Shown here: one piece after another, positions 23,101-29,300 of the stretch | Layout of the letters: each line of letters starts with the position of its first letter | Position numbering within the stretch: the stretch's first letter is position 1 | From: a virus | Taxonomy: Duplodnaviria; Caudoviricetes | DNA length: 31,264 nt | IMG/VR virus record: IMGVR_UViG_3300012952_001651 | Location: 1-31,264 of that record | Strand: one strand, 5' to 3' | Translations under genes and position numbers: made by a program | The notes under the pieces: generated by a model | What the model was told of the DNA's origin: nothing | Databases searched by the model: none | The model's input: the letters and a program-made list of their open reading frames with translations, nothing else

Positions 23101-25026
23101 TTCATATATGGAACATTAAGTAATACATACGCTGAAATAGAAGATATAACAACCAACGAAGGTTTGGTTGTACAAACATATTCAAGATTCAGAATAGATG
23201 GTGATATAACAGATGGTCCTTATACAATGAATGAAGTTGTTGCAAAACAAGGTGCACCATCTATCACAGGTACAGTATATGGATTCTTCTCAGATGCAAA
23301 CTTCAAGTATCTTGATGTACAAATAACAGCAGGTCCTTGGGCAGTATCAGACAACGTTGTTGGTGCAACTAACTCTACAACTGCTCAAATCAGTGCTATT
23401 GAAACTCGTCTTCATATCATTAATCTGAAGGGTGACTTTGTTGCTGACATTCCATTCAAGGGTTATACATCTGGTGCTATTGCTCAACCAACTTCATTCT
23501 TGAAGACACAAGCAGCAGTTACAGATAACACAGGTGGTAAGTTAACTGTTGATACTGAATCATTATTAGGAACATTTGAAACAACTGCAGTTGTATATCC
23601 AGAATCTTCTAGACAATACATTGTAGTCAGCAAGTATGCAGGTTTAGATATTGGTGTTGGTGATAGAATCGCATCAAGAGGTTATAAGAGATTTGGTATT
23701 AATATTATCAGTAATCTTAACAACTTCTCAGTTGGTAACAGACTTTATAAGGTCGTATCTGGTGTACAGGATTCTGCCACATACGGTATCATTACTGATG
23801 TTGATATTGCTAACAACTATGTTTACATGATTGAATATCAAGGAACATTCTCTATTGGTGATCAGATTGGAGACTACGGGTTAGCAGCAACATTCCCCGT
23901 TGGATATGCTTCTATTGCAACTATAGTTACAACTGCAGGTGGTGGAGCTGCACTTGTACAAGACGTTCGTGTTGATGGTGTTAACAAGCGTCTATACTTA
24001 AGTGATGTCACAGGAACATTTGGTGTTAGAGATGCTATCAGAGGACCTGATTCATACGGTGCTGTTATCTTCTCACAGGTTGATCTTAAGGCAAGAGTCA
24101 AGAGATCATTCAAAGGATTTGATGGTACTCAAACAACATTTAATCTTACTATCACAAATGGTACTACATACCTCCCAGATCCCGCAGGACACCTCTTAAT
24201 ATTCATTAATGGTATATTGCAACCACCAGGTGCTACAAACGCATACACAGCGTTCTCCAACCAGATTCAGTTTACTGAACCACCAGATCTAGGTGCATCA
24301 TTCACTGGATTCTACATTGGTAAACTAAGACAGTTAGATGACATCTCATTCGAGTTTGACTCATTGAGACAGTCATTCAACTTGAAACGTAACGATGTAT
24401 TCTACTCATTGACACTGACTGAAGGTGTACAGTCTAGTGTGATAAGACCTGAGAACAATATTATTTGTTCACTCAATGGTGTTATCCAAGAACCTGGCGT
24501 TGGTTTTGAGATTGTTGGTTCTAGAATCATCTTCTCTGAAGTTCCTAGATTTGGATCAACATTCGTTGCCTTCTCATACGTTGGTTCTGAAGCAGACGTT
24601 GACGCTGCTGAAGTTGTACCACCAATCGAACCAGGTGACTTTATTGATATACAAGGTGAAACATCAGATAGAGAAGTTGCTGTTATTGAATCATCAAACT
24701 CTCTAATCACATTTGATTATCTTGGATCTGTATTCGGTCAAAACGCAACTGCAACTGCTGTATTGACATCAGGATTCATTGACAAGGTTCAAGTAACTAA
24801 CGGAGGTTCTGGATACTCAACTAGACCAACTGTTAGAATCGATTCCATATCTGGTTTCGATGGAAACATCCGTGCACTAGTTGGTGTTGCAGGTGTTGAA
24901 CTGAGTGCAACTGGTTCTGGATATTCAAATCCAGGCATTAATGTTGAGACTACCGTACCTGATGACTGGACTGCTCCAGACATATCAACTTACGGGGAAG
25001 AGTTGGTAGACCCCGAAACCCCATAA
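5149..25026 (+). CDS. gp7: Giant gp7-like baseplate wedge initiator / multidomain virion appendage protein, 6625 aa
   Basis: Lies between gp6 and gp8. gp7-like motifs: SQSPDFI..EYPLF.KFLEYYYQSQE, IKTVKDFYSTKGT..SI.YLFKLLYGE and KIQDSYYYQDFSY...VHPA.FKVFGE. Also carries Gly-rich beta repeats, a YHYH-like domain, a propeller-like region, two LamG-like domains and helical repeats. Confidence 0.8.
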   Translation: MNINKVSQSIVSQSPDFIGSEYPLFNKFLEYYYQSQEKTGLGQNILNNFLQYLDIDKLDIGILDGKTKLVEGITATSDTIVVETIDPFLEKNGSILIGDEVIFYEDIKSAPNISLAPGIGYEQVKLKWTTLANFINSFDGNTTQFPLTSQDSPVAPPTAQHLIVSLYGQILIPNTDYTVSGNNIVFTTAPRTKLPADGAESTYIYYLSGFVENPIYAVDNISGAFGDGKKQFTLTRSGVSYEPQNEEYLNVIYDNRLLVPKVDYFIDKNQFIFKVAPLNGRFLSIHSIEAPIPSFGTGAKGYARISDTGTLTSISSNAIGSGYRFEYPPQVSINSPTGSGAAATALVNGLKSISLLTGGKGYSTTNPPVVQVQSPTKTGSSQATITATVTNGEVSALNITNSGSGYTFTPRITFVQPGGAKLGTPVITNGQVTSIPVTDGGFGYTTAPTVYIDEPTGTTPIKAALRANLTSEGKVSSISVLNAGQGYATSPRVSIIDPVGAQILETVVDGDGRVIRIDLLNGGSGFDDVPSVYIVDNRTNGGTGATAVASIFNGQITDINISSFGSGYSAAAPPEIVIQSPPNAKASAEIGLNEVTGFTVTEAGNGYEKAQFTGCARAASGITSYTESGNAVFTNNTTATAAAVDAEVKCLDALFVKRLLDKYTEQFLPDVPELDYSKIDVRTAIKTVKDFYSTKGTSFSIAYLFKLLYGENVTVTYPKDQIIKPSDATWSIDTILRATKVSGDATNIRDGLITQDADIADPNVQAASALVENYISIKTSDVEIFELVLSEETINGTFTVPYKTKLAEPLNTTDSIITVDSTVGWPERNGEFVIGTGSRTEVVQYKEKSLNQFIECTRSANGVVEDWDSATQVSSNFTVFVNKGTLQEVVMNIVGIVDAQQTTLVDTGSYYLPGDKLTVSKLGGTSLDPHLTTWLYNVKKLIQVTGITYGGVNNQFATVTCANNHGLLVGDQVTVYGANPIIYNGTFLVTSRDTSTVFQYQLPQPATVVPQGNILISVDLNKGKSDSTAVLNSIGPYTTNVQNSFFNNTYAYLASTGIPNYKIGPFPGSALLPGNQRKLNRFPIVSTTISTKNTISPGPIGTWVNGVSIWSYKSTRKKTFGAITSVSITNAGQDYDAASPPVLTISGGGGTGATASVTVNGSVSEITVSAGGSGYTSSPLVSIVGGGGSGAAATAIITKGVVSRILINSGGTGYTSQPQITIVGGGGTGAAASASVRGPIQGVTVASGGLSYTSTPSVTLSSGSGAVAQAIVNNGRIISIAIISAGSGYTTAPEISIQGAGFGAVARATIDTDGENAGRVTGITIVNRGISYVQGTTVISLNSVGQGATFTANVFQWTYNLQSTTTFDAAKGSVFEGYNNQYGGEYAHLSNPQTLRYILGDNLFENTSGLIKEREDGLQHSPIVGWAFDGNPVYGPYGYSDPTDQSSAVAKLNTSYRLKTNLVYNVDSNPTPVRTDGPLLSAEAAGNFIEDYEYVFGLGALDQYNGRFCKTPEYPDGRYCYFVTIDSTEDGNPLFPYVLGPDFNSVVDTWNLNDAAIQQNIPTGVVRYRDPYENVDIDVERAPNASTNALTLENGEILLFEIEDEDRSGVIEQDETDDPDQIFEESPLQLFDYFPSVRFDSKVDIEVETTTKFEDASVTGFTIENPGINYQVNDRLIFDESGTDGSGVSARVSRIAGETIEAYSFENVSGNNFGVLTTVNPHNLGVGDSVFVDYTPVMSNTNKTYVVRQFKGIEQIVINTTGSGYNTDIPPTIIIDGGGGTGGELQAVVSSVGSIETVNILNSGYGYTSNPRVILSHPQIFKKADYYISKFSNRDYVKVNDVYVNDDKEVYICGKTYDDQSPANTVAFVAKLSASGVKEWEKTLELTDISTERDSEFVRLFVDGHDIWVVGENRPNAAILSSYNPDVVLAKYVEASNGLSANLAFQKGYAGISGSTRADHITCIKKYTDTRFIIGGFTNTNSGAPYDAFIASIDTSGNFAIKRKLSSANKSEKITDIVINGTDVYACMEIAANPTAADIDVAVAKITFGTNVISTVWINQYANSLYSILNASIDIDEFNELYITGGLRLKSDDVTKDSFWVGKIDTSGALIWNYRYVAPGRDVTMAATSAIDIFGDLNVAFTRANNTNTLTTVDSVKIGYDGKIKNHTTTGFTSNRIEGLTVHSMDADNSGDVHLVGQTQWNRNEFLYTFDSGSTTDTTAHYTLTSTSTSNSITYADNVAKINGYQTGQTSWTQANLAVSGSQLGTVLANNFTFEMMIYKNASTTSVSPTQQTLLGIGDAEEGTGGLWLYYDTSSGKLELVITNSSTKLNSASGAAQSVLTNMYADNSWQWVGLKREGDVYTVYINGIQVIQSTTAGTSLGAKTLYVGQFPGRSGTIGNFRANEQGQFSVENLRLRNRAVTPTVPSDVSALPTTGAFGFAYVWTDTAWFTTNTNRYDLIDYDGFALKVDKNADAARLGTVTAQTNTGIGFTRTAVTPVTGTAMTIQNTGYALSEAGFQSLDFDDATITMAEGTETITYTQDIWSSRTATVPSPGSQKLNVSAVVKDRYFFKVTPTQKIDNVQKLTINQAFRFTVGTKLRLNNAAGSFVNSGYITRVDNTNNQIYLAVNNNTWTDDLNTGQLVTEQFSEQSTYGIVGPIPNDINIIEGYTFATVQNTTPGTFDIALSSYGYNGGSNNLNQFATFKPFATEDYSVRIDEVSSGSTFIVGSVVQLTSADISFNSGRTTTTITNLTAVTKITLVANLDKILQVTAVANSDEVYVITNTSHYLSTGQVIYVDGNPSQTVGSVVYDEYDGAFPVDRVISPLEFTYKLKQDAVTSPATSAGSVNVFVKSPVLKMYYGHQYIFDLSHSSLVGGNLSFAKDSLYKLEYSFNSIDRVGTPGVTGAGQPTPSVTLKVDQTVVTNISYYFDPSRTGSDSPVVAGSYLDVVDSPYKGTFEISGVAGATITRGADIIKYPLLNEPEGAADINQTTYSTSSLRAVGSINAVRIVNPGGFYTRLPIVSGIQSTRNIERVQINAPGTEYALGTYSGVPIAGDGEGGFVEIIVADGTDAEGVTIPGQINNIVVTSPGKNYTTASIDIEAIPGILGSGLTGSGAEVVVVIPSAGSGASVFTKGTSVGKIKKLKNNNFGYDYPHDYTLRPEITFPINAQLTSTSILDSITVTDPGTGYSQAPAVIISGGGGSGALAEATIKNGRLDTIIVKDPGAGYSSTPAVNLRSSFNYVVNLDLGLLQFAFPHGITNGSPITLNVVDTGEGTEFPLSAGATGRLNGNTTYYAITGTANSLENDQLKIAITQANANLGDALAFVNAGTGRQQVLTESFGGAATANVITSTFLEGELVYQGDSLSAATATGYVSTNSGWQIGPRVLKIVDYTGTFSQGQRITGVISKSSGIMTDIKVATGVLEIGSITKTTGQFIDDVGKPSEIIQKIQDSYYYQDFSYAVKSAVSIGDWKEILIKNVHPASFKVFGELNLDDYGFIPNKETSFQLTKSVELTRDAIVPNIQNFALVEPVYSEFNNTEVLFRQKRLTSSENILTSVVQRLDDISNQFDGEKISFPLTVDGNNVVANANQLMIVLNGVVQTPGTAFELQGDSIVFAEPPQPPASIKYVNVTIQQVSTRRIKFDNISGIFPTIGMVLLGTSSQARLTVTSVVGNDIIGFMSQGTLFIAGELATVGATGFAANIASQQSGGLNDETSGQYSIPNIGLFVFGENVTNLTNDTARVEQINLDGASTPLAQLRYTIGASTTSIEMVKYRTDNTGADEAVTAGTFVVGKNYQVESEIFLVNTVTQNNNSTVLGVTRAQNGTAAVSHQEYNPVYSTDIIVTNTLTLSKTAGTYQSTPGLFDIQLNDYIVGAQSGVVALVTQTSTYQDPATQEFIGQVNISEGSRFFGLLFNRITSQTYPNVVLDDIATSQIGIVNFTDNNTAFDSSFPANEQINNYVIPYDNLTGTFQDNEYIRNYKIEYGNNNGDFTATEPAKVRKLTITDVIGSGIFQTGQVIRSRDSKAEVIGYNQARQTIYLGKIGRSQRGGLDYNIPTWYGEAQIDTSTKQFGQGSLLLGRANHTHTFVSGVANAIQAGNGATSAHTAQAGTSYDPEAGTLVINIGTHSLTTSNTVTIADGGITFTCTADSNTTNHPYPRSTDPASGQALSITAVTSDTITVSVGVAQVTLDYLNVDSSSDFAWGTAAFTIELYVKPAAASISGVTTLLDFRTTANDVAGRLYTNNGQVRYNVNNSDLVTSGATVLATDTWTHVVVQKSSTTVKILLNGVERGTGTDSQNYAAKPLRVGADYAGANAFFGHIDELRLSSTSRYSTIPFTPQNGMFQGDANTKLLWHFDGADKQVFLEDWSGAPDFTIDEYVNNDAIRATARLIGGVHTFVSASTNAITVSGSNNYTPTAADYDATNGLLELTIGSHSHTTSDTVTIAANSLTFTCTKDNNATNHTYPRVTDPSYGKTLAITAVTGDTITVNVGVASRGFDQKTHRYINAADNIILNYDYIAREAVYIMKERYPFFTVIGGAVNCEDDVRDILKAMVEDLRNGSNSHTWDASALYVNRTTNPITLLHVSDDLKESLYTYDIVEKLVRFVINNEPWSTLGDHGLTQKFDTSITESNYLTQSVTQFTPSTATYNPATGDMVITSNGHGLTSDTNLTASNATYNAATGILNITSNSHNLATGDKIQLADNSLTFTCSMDSNATNHTYPRAKDPAAQGWQEVTRVDANNFTIDVGKSPIVNYQPTTGTTYDPATGLLKMFIGDHNLAVGTNIKLTANSLTFTCDYNGDGQTTQKTYPRASGEDGTAGGASNNTGTPDAAYNTALQIVADGVSSTATGATYTPADGVLVITQNAHGFVVGDKIRIADNSLSFTCTKDGNHETKSYPRSTDPFSGRWLRITAKTDNTFTVNVGPSSAADQYVHTFVSASANGIIKRDNSITVNVGTSSDTSTHTFVSATSNAIITGGNYTHAFVSATTNGITVSGDSVFLADGAVSFTCSKDGNQKITAYPRKSDPASKQVLKISAHTNDTFTINVGKSSADDQYSHTFSSAVTNGITKSEYSTQDCQDVQSTVANLFDIITDTLTFASQSPAVDHLATVTKSTPAYEFVGATINAFSEVPFTVDYHNGATDQIYTNQIDEDARGRFRDAANLIRANRKVIVDKAAYDMLQRYPALALDMPRNANGTSTDGTLRCKTDLGLILDGLAQDVEDGGNDGILTAVGFYIGNNSELRYIRLQVHQSAYAHERLGFYAKQAVTGDLTYDNTDGIIVGDWGITNDSGGCANVKTAIDTLITLLNDIIAPTSSDFNTAADRLYFNREYIREEITGLMTTEFTYLLNNVQFQAFQFPGGALGVAAFQQNLEDVIIGGISDLQTGGNDSIILEIEKFLTSTLQYNLTVNGTEQLLLATVYGITQLETIGLKAIDNLLYATGEDTGGTAGAYSALHTQRAAVRDSLTYTDAISVKNRWKALIEFAVNILSPARITGRSASKNLLYNNNYYLQEIQTQTVAQFGSGSWTYDDFVNTTLNDIIHDLQTTNIRTNTTAYQITISSVSATDFQVGEVVRSNVGGYASVLEFDPDTNFFVVGPFTGTAWVATNTLTGKTSGATATVGSVGSGYTWYTQVANTRTLATARTIISTVSGQTAGTNLWTNPEAYAVNWTPTTGVTITDNVATLAPDDSQTAEDVTPNNGVNNQHEINRDFNLTAFETFDSGTTTFDTTNETFDTGAVGAQETQTFTFSAFVKASGSQGIRFQMQLDPGGAGEQNVFFDLNLTDGTTSTIFTPQGGITADAFGVFPLGNDWFRCYITATFSFGFTTLRNKIIVKSGTGSSVWSGDGSTGIIVWGAKLTKNALDPYQAQSGRLFYADTSYNTKNFILDLLETYMIASLDGTLTSPAPNSGFYSFYDSTAAADYSKDSISAAIRYLIGIIRNQLKNDTSYIQLTTYNGIQLPTKVYTTGRTIPVALRGGVADADFIYGTLSNTYAEIEDITTNEGLVVQTYSRFRIDGDITDGPYTMNEVVAKQGAPSITGTVYGFFSDANFKYLDVQITAGPWAVSDNVVGATNSTTAQISAIETRLHIINLKGDFVADIPFKGYTSGAIAQPTSFLKTQAAVTDNTGGKLTVDTESLLGTFETTAVVYPESSRQYIVVSKYAGLDIGVGDRIASRGYKRFGINIISNLNNFSVGNRLYKVVSGVQDSATYGIITDVDIANNYVYMIEYQGTFSIGDQIGDYGLAATFPVGYASIATIVTTAGGGAALVQDVRVDGVNKRLYLSDVTGTFGVRDAIRGPDSYGAVIFSQVDLKARVKRSFKGFDGTQTTFNLTITNGTTYLPDPAGHLLIFINGILQPPGATNAYTAFSNQIQFTEPPDLGASFTGFYIGKLRQLDDISFEFDSLRQSFNLKRNDVFYSLTLTEGVQSSVIRPENNIICSLNGVIQEPGVGFEIVGSRIIFSEVPRFGSTFVAFSYVGSEADVDAAEVVPPIEPGDFIDIQGETSDREVAVIESSNSLITFDYLGSVFGQNATATAVLTSGFIDKVQVTNGGSGYSTRPTVRIDSISGFDGNIRALVGVAGVELSATGSGYSNPGINVETTVPDDWTAPDISTYGEELVDPETP
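17390..20358 (+). repeat. Six copies of a roughly 100-aa beta-module (Y-x-P/A-x2-G...H...FTC...YPR..DP...T-I/V-N/D-VG...HTFVS) in gp7
   Basis: FTC-x(9-11)-YPR recurs six times in the translation. Two copies are circularly permuted (about 17390-17705 and 18331-18630) and four are nested (about 19066-20358). Confidence 0.85.
18652..21790 (+). repeat. Three to four predicted alpha-helical repeats in gp7
   Basis: Units begin RYINAADNIILNYDYI, RFRDAANLIRANRKVI, DFNTAADRLYFNREYI and GRSASKNLLYNNNYY. The first three share a D-L/V-x2-G-S/G-N motif. Confidence 0.7.
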
Positions 25027-25029
25027 ATA
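25022..25029 (+). promoter_or_regulatory. T4-like late promoter (CATAAATA)
   Basis: Overlaps the gp7 stop codon (TAA 25024-25026) and sits about 20 nt upstream of the ATG at 25049. Confidence 0.75.
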
Positions 25030-25048
25030 ACTAAAATTGTAGCGAGCA

Positions 25049-26317
25049 ATGGCTAAACAAACGATAGGTCTTGGATCTGCTGCTAATGACAACACAGGTG
25101 ACACCCTGAGAGTCGGAGGCGATAAGGTCAATGACAACTTTAACGAAATATATACTGCCTTAGGTAATGGTTCGACACTAACTGTTAGTGCCAGTAACCC
25201 TGCTGTAGGACAAGTATTGAGATATAACGGTAGCACATTTCTACCATCAGATTACACTAACCTGACTGCAGCGTTAGATACTAATGGTAACTCTATAGTT
25301 TCTTCAAGTAATAATAATATAGCGATAGCAACAAACGGATCGGGAGATTTAACATTATCAGCAGGTGGAGTAACATCAATATTCAAAGGTACAAAGGCAG
25401 CACCAAATGCTGCAGAGAGTGGAACTATTATATTTCCTACATCAATATCATATGATAATGAATATGCTACACTAGCAGGAGCTCCTGCAGTTGGAACCTA
25501 TAGAGGATATTTCTTTACAGTCAGTGGTGATGATAATCCATATGTAAATATGAATATCACTGCAGGTGGTGTAGGTAATACTCAAGTAAAATTATTGACT
25601 GAAAGATCAAGTGTTAACATGCTATCTGATGTTGATACAACTACAACTCCTCCTAATAATGATCAAGTTTTAAAATGGAACTCATCTAGTAGTAAATGGT
25701 TACCTGCTGATGATGCTGCAGGTATTGGTAGTATTAACGTATTCCAATCTGTTGCAGGTGACACAGGATCTACAACTGCTAACAGTCAAACAGATACACT
25801 GACTATTGCAGGTGGTACTAATATTACTACTGCAGTCGTTGGAGACACTGTAACAGTCAACTTCTCTGGAACTTTAACAACAACATTTGCTGCTCTGACT
25901 GATACAAATACAGCAGGTTTAACACAAGGTGATGGAATATATTGGTCAGGATCTGAGTGGATTCCTACTCCTACAACTGGACCTATCATATGGTATGAGA
26001 TAGGTGCACCTGTAGAAAATGCTAGTAACGACTTCTTAATCAACGGACCTGGTCTTCCTGCAGGGGAAAACCGTGACCCAACATTATATGTGCATAGAGG
26101 ATTTACTTATGCATTTGACAATAGTGTTGAAGGTGGTGGACACCCATTTAGGATTCAATCAACACAGGGTTTATCTGGCACACCATATACTACAGGACAA
26201 ACTGGTAGTATAAGCTCAATCCTATATTGGACTGTGCCATTTGATGCTCCATCAACTCTTTATTATCAGTGTACACTCCATGCTGCGATGCAAGGAACTA
26301 TCAACGTAGTATCATAA
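25049..26317 (+). CDS. Fibre/baseplate-connector-like protein with gp9/gp10-type N-terminal anchor and C-terminal cupredoxin-like domain
   Basis: N-terminus MAKQTIGLGSAANDNTGDTLRVGGDKVNDNFNEIY matches the T4 gp9/gp10-type N-terminal motif. Fibre-type repeats GQVLRYNG, DQVLKWNS and GDGIYWSG follow. The C-terminus reads GHPFRI...LYYQCTLHAAMQGTINV. Confidence 0.75.
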   Translation: MAKQTIGLGSAANDNTGDTLRVGGDKVNDNFNEIYTALGNGSTLTVSASNPAVGQVLRYNGSTFLPSDYTNLTAALDTNGNSIVSSSNNNIAIATNGSGDLTLSAGGVTSIFKGTKAAPNAAESGTIIFPTSISYDNEYATLAGAPAVGTYRGYFFTVSGDDNPYVNMNITAGGVGNTQVKLLTERSSVNMLSDVDTTTTPPNNDQVLKWNSSSSKWLPADDAAGIGSINVFQSVAGDTGSTTANSQTDTLTIAGGTNITTAVVGDTVTVNFSGTLTTTFAALTDTNTAGLTQGDGIYWSGSEWIPTPTTGPIIWYEIGAPVENASNDFLINGPGLPAGENRDPTLYVHRGFTYAFDNSVEGGGHPFRIQSTQGLSGTPYTTGQTGSISSILYWTVPFDAPSTLYYQCTLHAAMQGTINVVS

Positions 26318-26320
26318 TAA

Positions 26321-29300
26321 ATGGCAAGAGACGTTCCAGGATCAGGTGCAGTCATTGAACCAATCTTTGATGAGATATTTGGTGTTCGTGCTGTAAAAGT
26401 ATTAAATGGAGGATCAGGTTATAACCAATCTGATCCACCTAGACTTACTGTGACTGGATGTGGTACACCTGATGTAGAAGCATTATTATATCCAATCATT
26501 GATGATGGTGCAGGGCAGATCATTCATGTAAGAGTTTTAAATAGAGGAAGAGGATATGATCCATTACGTTTACAGATCATTCCTGAGCAAGAAACACCAA
26601 ACGTAGTCAACTCATTTGATTTTAATAGAATATGGCAAGGTCATCCTAACTCACCAACATCAGGAACTTTTGCATTAGATGGTACAACAAAAACTGATAG
26701 ATTAACTATTACAAGTGATAATCACCCTAAACCATCTCAAATATATCCAACTGAATATCAACCAGGAGGATCCACCACACTTCTTGATAGATCTTTTAAT
26801 CAAACATTCGTATTTCGTGGTGGTAAAGATGTTCCAAATCCAGGAACTAGAGAACTTCAACCAAATAAAGTAGTAGGTATATTAGCAAATGGTGGTCTAT
26901 TACATACACCAGACTGGGGTACAGCAGGTGGTGCACCAACAAACTTACCTATTGATATTGTAAAATATGATTATGTAAAAACTACAAATCTATATGATGC
27001 AATATTAGATAACCAAGTATATTATTATCACACAAGTAAAACTTTAGAAGAGTTTAAACTTGCAAATGGTGTATTTGAATGGGGACTTCAAGAACAGTTT
27101 ACATGGACTATTAAGACAGAACTTGATAATGTAATGTTAGTTGTTGATTCTATAGATGAAACATTAGGTAATGTAGAGGTTGGTAGAATAGTAGATGAAG
27201 TGGCAGGAACTGGACGTGGAACTATTGCAAAGATTGTCAGAAATAATTTAAATGTTATAACTAGAATATATCTAAGGCAAGTAACTGGAGGTCCTTTCCA
27301 GTCTGCTGATTTATGTTTAGGTTCAAATGGATTTAAGTTTCGAGTGGCAAGTGATCCTATCACTTTCCCTAATGGTTTGTTTTATATCGAGTTTGGTGCT
27401 GATGCATCAGAGTTTGGTAACTTTACGCCAGGTCAGTACTACCTTGCTCCAGAAGATATCAAAGTTAAGAAAAACTACCTCATAATATGGGATCAATCTG
27501 ATAGTTCAAATAGTTCACATCCTATGCAGTTCTCTACGACTGCTGATGGTACATTAAATGGCGGATCATTATATTACAATAGTACAGGTTCCACTGCTAC
27601 TATATCTACAGTTAACGTTGCAGTTACAGTAGGTGTAGACAGTGTTGCAGGACAATCTACAGGTGTATTTTATTTTAATGGTGTTGAAAAACCTGCTAAC
27701 TTTGCTTTAGTTAGAGGTTCGACTTATATCTTTGATCAGTCAGAAAATAGTAATGAAGTATATGGTGGTGCAAATCATCCATTAATGTTCAGCGTTGGAT
27801 CAGGTGGAGATCATGGTGGTCATGGTCATTATATGAATGGTGTTACTTATAAGTTAGATGGTTCTGTCGTTACTATGGCAGCATATGTTAGTGGATTTAA
27901 TGCTGCTACAAGTCGTACAGTTACATGGACTGTACCTACCAGTGCACCTGCGACATTATATTATTGGTGTCATTATCATACAGGACAAGGTAATAGTTTT
28001 TCTGTTTCTTCTCCTCCAGCTCATGCTGCAGATTATGAAAATTCATTAAAACCAATATTCATAATGAATGCTGATGAGACACAGAAAATATATTATTATT
28101 GTGGTAATCATCGTTATATGTCAGGATATTCTGGCGATGAAGGTTATATGATCTTGGATACCACAACTGATACTGATGATGACGTTAATCTGAATACATA
28201 CTATGTCGAGGATTTTTTTGGTACTGCAAATGCAGGAACATTAGATTATTCTAGACATACAGATGGTCACTCCAAGATTATTGGTATGTCCTTAGATGGA
28301 TATCCAATATACGGACCATACGGATATAACTCTTCTGGCACTGCAGCATTAGAAACATCTAGTTATAGACTAAGAACTACTGCTGAGTTACAAGGTGCTA
28401 GACCGATTGTAAATACTGCAGGAACAGAAACTTATACAGTTACTGTTGCTAACGGACAGTTTGCATTCAATGGATCATCACCTGAGTTTTTAAACCTAAA
28501 AAGGGGAAGAACGTATATATTCAACCAGAATGACGCAAGTAATAGCGGATCGAATCATATACTTATATCAGCTCAAACCGACGGTTGGCATTCAACCAAT
28601 CCAGTGATTATTGGAGATACGTCTCGCTTGTATTCGGGTCAAGGGATAACGTATCAGATTAATGGTAGTACAGTTACATATCAACAATATCTCAGTGGAT
28701 TCAATGCTGCTTCCAGTCGGTCACTAACATTTACAGTTCCTGTAGATGCACCTTCCGTCCTATACCTTTTTGGGTACATTGCCTCAGGTTATGGTTTAAG
28801 ACTTGTTAACGATGGTTACATTCTTGGAGACCTAACATCTGATTACATATATCAAGCAGGTCTTGGAACTCTTGATGAGTATAATGGTAAGTTTGGAGTA
28901 ACGCCAGAGTATCCTAATGGAACTTATGCATACTTTATGACAGAGAATGCTATGGGAAGTCCTGTATTTCCATATGCTATAGGTCCTAAATTCTATGGAG
29001 CTCCTATCTTTGAAGGTAGTACTGTTCCTGCTCAACCAACTGTATTCCCAACATTAGCAACAGGTGATGTTGTACTAAACACCAATGGATCAGTATCTTA
29101 TGTTAAGATGACTGTGAAGGGTGATAACTATTTCGGTCCCGCAAAAGCAAAAATATTAGGTGGACAAGGAACTGGTGCATTAGGAACTCCTACTGTTCAG
29201 ACTGTTACTGGTTTATCTTTACTAGGTCAAGGTAGAAGTTATGCAACTCCTCCGACACTTATCTTTGAAGGTGGTGGTGGAGCAGGTGCACAAGGTGCTG

